From Sulfurimonadaceae bacterium (lineage in GTDB: Bacteria; Campylobacterota; Campylobacteria; Campylobacterales; Sulfurimonadaceae): a stretch of DNA of 16,748 nucleotides. Below are positions 7,679-14,923 of this stretch, piece after piece (position 1 is the stretch's first letter; the number at the start of each line of letters is the position of its first letter). The notes below the pieces were generated by a model that worked only from the letters and a program-made list of their open reading frames with translations, had not been told where the DNA came from and searched no databases. Made by a program: the position numbers and the translations under genes. The DNA lies in the NCBI GenBank assembly GCA_041548245.1, contig JBFESZ010000040.1, positions 1 to 16,748 on the forward strand, in the 5' to 3' direction.

Positions 7679-8889
7679 TCCGTTCACTTCGCGGAATGAA
7701 TGACACATTAGAAATAGAAGATTCTGAACGTTTTAGCTACTTTATTGAAACAGCAACACGCATCGCAAAAAACTATGGGTTTAGATTTATTGAGACGCCC
7801 CAGCTTGAAGAGACTGCTCTGTTCAAACGCTCTGTTGGCGAGAGCAGTGATATCGTCGGCAAAGAGATGTACCAGTTCATAGACAAATGTGAGAACGATG
7901 TCTGTCTGCGTCCCGAGGGAACAGCTGGGGTAGTCCGTGCCTTCGTTCAAAATAAATATGACCGTCAGGATACGACACAACGTCTCTTTTACCATGGGAC
8001 GATGTTTCGCTATGAACGTCCGCAAAAAGGTCGCCTGCGCCAGTTCCACCAATTCGGCTGTGAAAGCTTCGGTGAAAGTTCTGTTCTTGAAGACGCGTCA
8101 TTGATTCTCATGGTTCGTGATATCTTCAATGCACTGGGAATCAACTTCACCCTTAAGCTCAACTCCTTGGGTGATCCAAACTGTATGCCACAATACAGAC
8201 AGACCCTCATAGAGTTTCTCGGTTCTAACGAAGAGCATATCTGCGAAGATTGTCAGCGACGAAAAGCAACAAATCCGATTCGTGTGCTTGATTGTAAGAA
8301 CTCCAGCTGTCAGGAAATATATGCCGATGCACCGAAACTGATGCAAAACCTTTGCCAAGGATGCGGCGATGACTTCAAAATGCTCACAGACCTGCTTGAT
8401 GAGCATGGTATGGCCTATGAGATAGACACCCACCTCGTTCGCGGTCTTGATTACTATTCAAAAACTGCTTTTGAATTTGTTTCGACAGAGATCGGCGCAC
8501 AGTCTGCAATTGCCGGTGGCGGACGATATGACAGGCTAGTAGAGTTCCTAGATGGACGCCCTACTCCTGCCGTTGGTTTTGCTATCGGTGTAGAGAGGCT
8601 GATGGAACTGATAAAGATGCCCGAAACATCTCGCGAGGGGTACTATTTTGGCGCAATGGATGAACCTGCAGTCAAGAAAGTTTATAATTTAGGGATGAAA
8701 AAGCGCGCTACAAACAAAGTAACAATCGGCTACAAAGCACGTAACCTAAAAGCACACTTAAAAGCGGCTGACAAGGTAAATGCACGATACTGTGCTATAC
8801 TTGGTGAAAATGAATTGAACAATGGTACAGTCTGGGTTAAAGACTTAGAAAACAAAACTGAATCAGAGATTTCTCAAGAAGAGTTCTAG
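7675..8889 (+). CDS. hisS: Histidine--tRNA ligase
   Basis: RGMND, LRPEGTAG, FRYERPQKGRLRQFHQ, LVRGLDYY, GGGRYD, GFAIGVERL. ATGA overlap with tmk. Confidence 0.98.
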   Translation: MIRSLRGMNDTLEIEDSERFSYFIETATRIAKNYGFRFIETPQLEETALFKRSVGESSDIVGKEMYQFIDKCENDVCLRPEGTAGVVRAFVQNKYDRQDTTQRLFYHGTMFRYERPQKGRLRQFHQFGCESFGESSVLEDASLILMVRDIFNALGINFTLKLNSLGDPNCMPQYRQTLIEFLGSNEEHICEDCQRRKATNPIRVLDCKNSSCQEIYADAPKLMQNLCQGCGDDFKMLTDLLDEHGMAYEIDTHLVRGLDYYSKTAFEFVSTEIGAQSAIAGGGRYDRLVEFLDGRPTPAVGFAIGVERLMELIKMPETSREGYYFGAMDEPAVKKVYNLGMKKRATNKVTIGYKARNLKAHLKAADKVNARYCAILGENELNNGTVWVKDLENKTESEISQEEF

Positions 8890-8928
8890 ACCCTATATTC
8901 TATCTATTACACGAGCAAGGGGCTCTAT

Positions 8929-10650
8929 ATGTTTGAACAGATCGAACACTATTTTTTTCTTTACTTGGAATATGGACTCTTCTTGGGTCTTTTTCTACTC
9001 GTGAACCTCTATATTTATGACCGTTTTATACAACGTCGCCATCAGCTGCTGATCAACTATCCGGTTATCGGAAGAATGCGCTATCTTTTCGAGATGCTTC
9101 GTGATCCCATGCGTCAATACTTTGGTACAGAGACCTTTTACGAATCACGTGACAAGATTGACTGGGTATACAAGGCGGCCAAAGATGTCCCTAATTTTCT
9201 TTCCTACTCTGTATCACAGCCTTTTAAGGGCTCGCGTTTTATTGTAAAACACTCAAATACAGTCCTTAACGATCATGAGGTGTCAGATGACTTTTCATTG
9301 ACCTTTGGAGCTGACAAGTCTATTCCCTTTACGGCCAAGTCCGTTATATTTCGCTCAGCCATGAGTGACGGTGCGCTCTCTCCCGAAGGGACACGTGCCT
9401 TTGTGATCGCTGCGTCTAAATCCGGTTTTCCTTTAAATACAGGTGAAGGCGGACTAACGTCGAACTACTTTGTCACGCATGCTCCGGATCCATCCAATGC
9501 CCCCTATCTGGAGATAGTGAAAAGCAGCCATTTGGCCGAACTTGTCTTTAAAATAGTGAGCTTCTTTTTTAACCGTGCCCTTGCGATCAAGGCATACCGA
9601 AAGGTTCTGTTGCATAAAAAAACGGAAAACACCTATATTTACGAGCCGGATTCGCATATCCTCTTTCGTCCGAAATGGGATGCACCGCTTGATGCCTTTC
9701 CCCAAGCGGTCCCTGAAGACATGCCTGACCTTGTGCTTCAGATTGGTTCTGGTCTCTACGGTGTACGTGATCAAAATTGTAACTTTGATCCGGAGCGCTA
9801 TGCCAAAGCCATGCGTTTTTGCAAGATGACAGAGATCAAAATCGCCCAGGGTGCTAAACAGACAGGCGGTAAAATAATGGGATCTAAGGTCTCAGCTGAT
9901 ATCGCATATTACCGTGGTGTTGAAGAGGGTAAAGATCTCATATCACCTAACCGGTTTCCTTATGCCAATACCCAAGATGAGCTGTTTGACTTTATTGGAC
10001 AGTGCCAGAAGATTTCAGGAAAACCGGTAGGTATGAAGATTGTTGTCTCAGATAAAAAACAGATAGAAGAGATGGCTGCGCTGATGGCCAAACGTAAACA
10101 AGAAGATAAAAGCATTCCCGATTATATAGCCATCGACAGCGGTGAAGGCGGTTCGGCAACGGCACCGCTTGAGTTGATGGAGACAATCGGTCTGACCACA
10201 AACAATGCGCTTTATATTGTTGACACGCTGATGAGAAAATACGGGCTAAGAGATGATATACGACTCATTTCCAGTGGCAAGATCCTTACTCCCGATGATG
10301 CGGTCATCACACTGTCGCTAGGTGCTGATGCCGTCGCCATTGCCCGTGGCTTCATGATGAGTGGAGGCTGTATCCGTGCTCGCGTATGCAATGGTGCAGG
10401 AGGACATATCTGTCCAGTTGGACTTGCCACTCAAGATGCAAGACGTCGCGCCTCGTATCTAGTAATCAGAAAGTCCAACGAGATAGCAAACTATCATAAA
10501 AACATGATCAAAGGCATCAAAACGATGTTAAGCGTCATGGGGCTTAGTAAAGTCAGTATGTTAAGTAAAGAAAAACTTTCGTATAAAAATTCAAACGGTG
10601 AGATCTATTTTGATGTTGATAAATATTTCCACCATAAACTACATGTATAG
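8929..10650 (+). CDS. FMN-binding glutamate synthase family protein (stand-alone, N-terminal membrane anchor, no GATase domain)
   Basis: Motifs SAMS.GALS, NTGEGG, EIKIAQGAK, KPVGMK, IDSGEGGS, SGK, ARGFM and the Cys cluster GCIRARVC...CPVGLATQD. N-terminal hydrophobic helix followed by NYPVIGRMRY. Confidence 0.92.
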   Translation: MFEQIEHYFFLYLEYGLFLGLFLLVNLYIYDRFIQRRHQLLINYPVIGRMRYLFEMLRDPMRQYFGTETFYESRDKIDWVYKAAKDVPNFLSYSVSQPFKGSRFIVKHSNTVLNDHEVSDDFSLTFGADKSIPFTAKSVIFRSAMSDGALSPEGTRAFVIAASKSGFPLNTGEGGLTSNYFVTHAPDPSNAPYLEIVKSSHLAELVFKIVSFFFNRALAIKAYRKVLLHKKTENTYIYEPDSHILFRPKWDAPLDAFPQAVPEDMPDLVLQIGSGLYGVRDQNCNFDPERYAKAMRFCKMTEIKIAQGAKQTGGKIMGSKVSADIAYYRGVEEGKDLISPNRFPYANTQDELFDFIGQCQKISGKPVGMKIVVSDKKQIEEMAALMAKRKQEDKSIPDYIAIDSGEGGSATAPLELMETIGLTTNNALYIVDTLMRKYGLRDDIRLISSGKILTPDDAVITLSLGADAVAIARGFMMSGGCIRARVCNGAGGHICPVGLATQDARRRASYLVIRKSNEIANYHKNMIKGIKTMLSVMGLSKVSMLSKEKLSYKNSNGEIYFDVDKYFHHKLHV

Positions 10651-10664
10651 GATAAAATCAAAAA

Positions 10665-12494
10665 ATGAACAACTACGGTATAGATATCTGGGGTGATGAC
10701 AACTTTATTATTGAAGGTGCAGAGGTTAAGCTAAACTATATGAGCAAGCCTTCATTACTCAAGATCACACAAGAAATTCGCTCTTCTGGCCTTCGAGGAC
10801 CACTTATTATACGTTTTCCACATCTCATTGAGAAACAGATCAGTGCATTGTATACAACCTTTGGCAATTCTATTAAAGAGAACAACTACAAGGGAAATTT
10901 CAAGGCTGTGTTCCCACTCAAGGTCAACCAGTTTCCTCAGGTGGTCAATACGATAACCTCACACGGTCGAAAATACAACTATGGATTGGAAGCCGGCAGT
11001 AAGGCGGAACTTATCCTGGCTATGTCTCAAACCCCTTTAGGCGCACCTATTACCGTCAATGGTTTCAAAGACACGGAGATGATCAGCATAGGTTTTATGG
11101 CTGCACAGATGGGTCATAATATCACCATGACGATCGAAGGCCTGGCCGAACTGGAATCAATCATCGAGGTATCTAAATCGTGCAACCTGAAAGTTCCATC
11201 CATTGGGATAAGACTCCGTCTGCACAGTTCGGGAAGCGGAATATGGGCTAAAAGCGGCGGTAACGATGCAAAATTCGGCCTAAGTGCGACCGAACTTCTT
11301 GAAGCATTCAACCTTTTAAGAGACAATGATCTTCTTCAATATTTTCATATGGTACATTTTCATATCGGTTCGCAGATGGAAGATATCCCGCCATTAAAAC
11401 GTGCCTTGAGAGAGGCTGGGAACATTTATGCTGAACTTAAAAAGATGGGAGCGGAGAATCTACGGGCCATTAATATCGGTGGTGGATTGGCTATTGAATA
11501 TGCACAGCATGAAAAGGATCGCCTGCGTACCTATACCATTGAAGAGTTCTCCAATGATGTTATCTTCTTGCTTGGCGGGATCATGGACAAAAAAGGTGTC
11601 GAGCATCCTGATATTTTTACAGAATCAGGCCGTTATATTGTTGCATCGCACTCTGTACTGGTCACGCCTGTTCTTGAACTTTTCTCTCAAGACCATCAGG
11701 AAAAGTCACTGCGGATCAAAGAGGTTAACCCACCTTTAATTGAAGAACTACTCGATTTGAACAAGCTCGTTAACGCGAAGAATGCCATTGAGTTTCTTCA
11801 TGATGCGCTTGACCATATGGAATCACTTTTCACCCTGTTTGATTTAGGTTATATTGACCTTCAAGACCGTTCCAATGCGGAAGTGCTTGTTCATGTCATC
11901 ATCAAAAAAGCTCTTCGTTTATGCCGAGATTATCCTAAAACAGAATTGCTAAGACTACAGTCACGACTGCAGGAGCATTATCTCATCAATGCATCAATCT
12001 TTCAAAGCATCCCCGACTACTGGGGTCTGGGACAGCGTTTTCCTATTATGCCTTTACATAAGCTTGATGAACCGGCACTTCGATCAGCAAACCTGTGGGA
12101 TATCACTTGTGACAGTGACGGAGAGATAGGTTTTGATAGTAATTCACCTCTGTACCTGCATGATGTTGATCTGGATGAAGAGGAGTATTTTCTAGGTTTC
12201 TTCAATGTCGGTGCTTATCAAGAGACCTTAGGAATGAACCATAATCTATTTACACACCCAAGCGAATGTAGTGTCCTTATTTCAGAAGAAGGCTACGCCA
12301 TAGAAAACATTGATGAAGCGAACAGTCTCTTAAATGTTGTTTCCAGTCTTGGTTATGATGAGACACAAATTTTAGTCCAGCTAAAAAATACTTTGGCGCG
12401 TTCAACTTTTATCACAGAAGAAGAAAAAAGTGATACACTTCAAAAGTTAGAACTCTATTTATATCAAAATAGCTACTTGCGCACAACAAATTAA
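10665..12494 (+). CDS. speA: Biosynthetic arginine decarboxylase
   Basis: PLP-lysine motif FPLKVNQ, GLEAGSKAEL, SGG..AKFGL, HFHIGSQ, IGGGL, ESGR, DITCDSDG, GAYQETLG..HNLF. Confidence 0.97.
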   Translation: MNNYGIDIWGDDNFIIEGAEVKLNYMSKPSLLKITQEIRSSGLRGPLIIRFPHLIEKQISALYTTFGNSIKENNYKGNFKAVFPLKVNQFPQVVNTITSHGRKYNYGLEAGSKAELILAMSQTPLGAPITVNGFKDTEMISIGFMAAQMGHNITMTIEGLAELESIIEVSKSCNLKVPSIGIRLRLHSSGSGIWAKSGGNDAKFGLSATELLEAFNLLRDNDLLQYFHMVHFHIGSQMEDIPPLKRALREAGNIYAELKKMGAENLRAINIGGGLAIEYAQHEKDRLRTYTIEEFSNDVIFLLGGIMDKKGVEHPDIFTESGRYIVASHSVLVTPVLELFSQDHQEKSLRIKEVNPPLIEELLDLNKLVNAKNAIEFLHDALDHMESLFTLFDLGYIDLQDRSNAEVLVHVIIKKALRLCRDYPKTELLRLQSRLQEHYLINASIFQSIPDYWGLGQRFPIMPLHKLDEPALRSANLWDITCDSDGEIGFDSNSPLYLHDVDLDEEEYFLGFFNVGAYQETLGMNHNLFTHPSECSVLISEEGYAIENIDEANSLLNVVSSLGYDETQILVQLKNTLARSTFITEEEKSDTLQKLELYLYQNSYLRTTN

Positions 12495-12504
12495 GGACTT
12501 TTTA

Positions 12505-13206
12505 TTGGGTTTATTTTCACAGATCAAAGAAGATTTTACAAATGTTTATAATAATGATCCCGCTATCCACTCTCGTTTGGAACTTTTTTTCAACTACCCG
12601 GGCGTGTGGGCAATCGCATGGTACCGTATTGCCAATAGGCTTTACGTCCGTAACTGGAAGAGACTTGCCCGAATCATTATGGGAATAAACCAAATCATTA
12701 CAAATATTGACATCCACCCTGCTGCGACGATTGGAAGCCGTGTTTTTATCGACCATGGAACTGGCGTTGTTATCGGTGAGACTACTATCATCGAAGATGA
12801 TGTGCTTATCTATCAAGGAGTAACACTTGGCGGTGTCAATCTCACAACAGGAAAACGCCATCCGACTATCAAAAGAGGTGCTGTTATCGGAGCCGGAGCA
12901 AAAGTTCTTGGAAATATCATCATTGGTGAAAACTCAAAGATCGGTGCGAACTCTGTTGTTGTCAAAGAAGTTCCTGATCGTTCCACTGCAATAGGTATTC
13001 CTGCCCGTGTGGTCGATAAAGGACGCTGTAAAGACCCCTTTTCACACAACAAACTTCCCGATATCGATAAAGAGATCTTTGAATACCTGCTCAAGCGTGT
13101 TGCAATTTTAGAGCATGTCATGGTCAAGGACAACAATGAGATTCTTGAGCAGGATTTAGAACTTGAGCATATATATGAAGGCTTTATCAAAGCCATGAAG
13201 ACATAA
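12505..13206 (+). CDS. cysE: Serine O-acetyltransferase
   Basis: TTG start with AAGGA at 12493-12497. DPA, YPG, DIHPAA.IG..FIDHGTGVVIGET, QGVTLGG, KRHPT, GAGAKVLG hexapeptide repeats. Confidence 0.96.
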   Translation: MGLFSQIKEDFTNVYNNDPAIHSRLELFFNYPGVWAIAWYRIANRLYVRNWKRLARIIMGINQIITNIDIHPAATIGSRVFIDHGTGVVIGETTIIEDDVLIYQGVTLGGVNLTTGKRHPTIKRGAVIGAGAKVLGNIIIGENSKIGANSVVVKEVPDRSTAIGIPARVVDKGRCKDPFSHNKLPDIDKEIFEYLLKRVAILEHVMVKDNNEILEQDLELEHIYEGFIKAMKT

Positions 13207-13231
13207 GATTCTGCAGTTTGCACATAAACCC

Positions 13232-13274
13232 TTTCTTATAAAAAATATAAATTTATAAGAAAATCCGCTATAAT
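13232..13274 (+). promoter_or_regulatory. Promoter (-10 TATAAT) with an 11-bp perfect inverted repeat immediately upstream
   Basis: TTTCTTATAAA (13232-13242), 9-nt spacer, TTTATAAGAAA (13252-13262). TATAAT at 13269-13274. Confidence 0.6.
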
Positions 13275-13359
13275 TTCTACACAAAATTTCATTGTTTGAA
13301 GATCAAGGTCATCTTGACTTGATATTCCTTAAATCAATATTTCATTATAAAGGGTAATC

Positions 13360-14526
13360 ATGCTCTCTGATAGAATAGATATTCTTTCTGAATCCATCAC
13401 AATTGCAGTGTCAACACTAGCACAAGAACTCCGTGCAGCCGGTAAGGATGTCCTCAGTTTTTCAGCAGGAGAACCTGATTTTGACACACCTCAAGTCATT
13501 AAAGACAGTGCTATTGCTGCTATTAACAGCGGTTTTACAAAATACACAGCCGTTGATGGTATCCCGGAATTAAAAGAAGCAATCAGTGCTAAACTCAAAC
13601 GTGACAACGGTTTAGAATACGCTGCTAATCAGATCATTGTCAGCAACGGTGCCAAACATTCACTTTTCAATCTCTTTCAAGTTACAATCAATGAAGGTGA
13701 TGAAGTCATTATTCCGGCACCATATTGGGTTACCTACCCGGAACTTGTAAAATATTGTGGTGGTACAGTGGTTGAGATCCATACCGATGACACAACAGCA
13801 TTCAAAATTACGCCTGAACAACTAAAAAATGCCATCACACCTAAAACAAAGATGCTTATTTTGACTACACCTTCCAATCCGACGGGTTCGGTTTATACAA
13901 AAGAAGAGCTAAAAGCTTTAGCTGATGTACTTGAAGGCACAGATGTGCTCGTAGCAAGTGATGAGATGTATGAGAAACTTGTTTATGATGGAGAGTTTAC
14001 TTCGGCTGCAGCTATCAGTGAAGATATGTACAATCGTACCATTACGATCAATGGTCTGAGTAAATCAGTGGCCATGACAGGATGGCGTTTTGGTTACCTG
14101 GCTGCGAAAGACACTGAACTTATCAAAGCAATGAAGAAACTGCAAAGCCAAAGCACATCAAATATCTGCTCAATTACGCAAAAAGCTGCAATCACCGGCC
14201 TTGATGGATCAGCAGACAAAGATATCGAAATGATGCGTAAGGCATTCGCTGCACGAAGAGATGAAGCCGTTGATCTTTTTAATGCCATTGATGGTCTTTC
14301 TGTGGTTAAACCGGATGGGGCCTTCTACCTTTTCGTTAATATACTCAAAGTAGAACAAGACTCTTTGACATTCGCTAAAAAACTACTGGAAGAGACGGGT
14401 GTAGCCGTTGTGCCAGGTGTTGGATTTGGATCAGATGGTTACTTCAGATTCTCCTTTGCTACAGATATTGAAAGTATCCGTGAGGGGATACGCCGTATCA
14501 AAGAATTCGTCGCTGACAACTACTAA
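13360..14526 (+). CDS. aspB: PLP-dependent class I aminotransferase (aspartate aminotransferase)
   Basis: GEPDFDTP, YT.VDGIPEL, GAKHSL, PSNPTG, SDEMYE, PLP-lysine motif SKSVAMTGWRFGY, GAFY, RFSFA. Follows speA-cysE as aspB does in Campylobacter. The symbol rests on synteny. Confidence 0.88.
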   Translation: MLSDRIDILSESITIAVSTLAQELRAAGKDVLSFSAGEPDFDTPQVIKDSAIAAINSGFTKYTAVDGIPELKEAISAKLKRDNGLEYAANQIIVSNGAKHSLFNLFQVTINEGDEVIIPAPYWVTYPELVKYCGGTVVEIHTDDTTAFKITPEQLKNAITPKTKMLILTTPSNPTGSVYTKEELKALADVLEGTDVLVASDEMYEKLVYDGEFTSAAAISEDMYNRTITINGLSKSVAMTGWRFGYLAAKDTELIKAMKKLQSQSTSNICSITQKAAITGLDGSADKDIEMMRKAFAARRDEAVDLFNAIDGLSVVKPDGAFYLFVNILKVEQDSLTFAKKLLEETGVAVVPGVGFGSDGYFRFSFATDIESIREGIRRIKEFVADNY

Positions 14527-14534
14527 ACTATTTT

Positions 14535-14575
14535 AGTAAGACAAGAGCTTATGATTTTGTCTTACTGCCATTTTT
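14535..14575 (+). terminator. Stem-loop after the aminotransferase, likely terminator
   Basis: AGTAAGACAA (14535-14544) and TTGTCTTACT (14557-14566) form a perfect 10-bp inverted repeat. A T5 run follows at 14571-14575. Confidence 0.6.
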
Positions 14576-14576
14576 G

Positions 14577-14585
14577 TGCTACAAT
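14577..14585 (+). promoter_or_regulatory. Extended -10 element for the small ORF at 14618
   Basis: TGCTACAAT matches TGnTAnAAT, about 32 nt upstream of the ATG. Confidence 0.45.
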
Positions 14586-14617
14586 AATAAACAAATAAAA
14601 ACGAGATAAGAACAAAG

Positions 14618-14923
14618 ATGAAACTGCAGTTACAAAACACGCTTCCGACATATGCAGAGTCCTCGCAAAAAAGTGAGACACACCAATCAAAAGCAACTCA
14701 GAATGCAGTAGGTTTTGCACAAGAAAAGAACATTCAAAATATCGCTGAGAAAAATATTGTCAACAATTACTTTGAGGTCTTTGATGAGAGTCTAAGCGAT
14801 GTAGCGATTAAAAACCTTATCTCAGCACGCCTGCAGCCAGCCTATCAATTGCCTGTAATACATGACTTCAAAGCACTCTCTGCAAAAGCAAACAAGTTAT
14901 TAGACTTTTCTATCGCTATCTAA
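14618..14923 (+). CDS. Hypothetical protein (101 aa)
   Basis: Fills the gap between the aminotransferase and the convergent gene. It has an upstream extended -10 but only a weak RBS. No family recognised. Confidence 0.6.
   Translation: MKLQLQNTLPTYAESSQKSETHQSKATQNAVGFAQEKNIQNIAEKNIVNNYFEVFDESLSDVAIKNLISARLQPAYQLPVIHDFKALSAKANKLLDFSIAI

Noticed and set aside
8913..8925. GAGC-AAGGG-GCTC mini-hairpin around the RBS of the glutamate-synthase-family gene
   Set aside because: Only 4 bp with the SD mostly in the loop. Too weak to support a regulatory claim.
13292..13357. 21-codon TTG-started uORF (MFEDQGHLDLIFLKSIFHYKG) in the aminotransferase leader
   Set aside because: It has no RBS, a weak start codon and no run of regulatory codons such as Asp. 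Consistent with chance.
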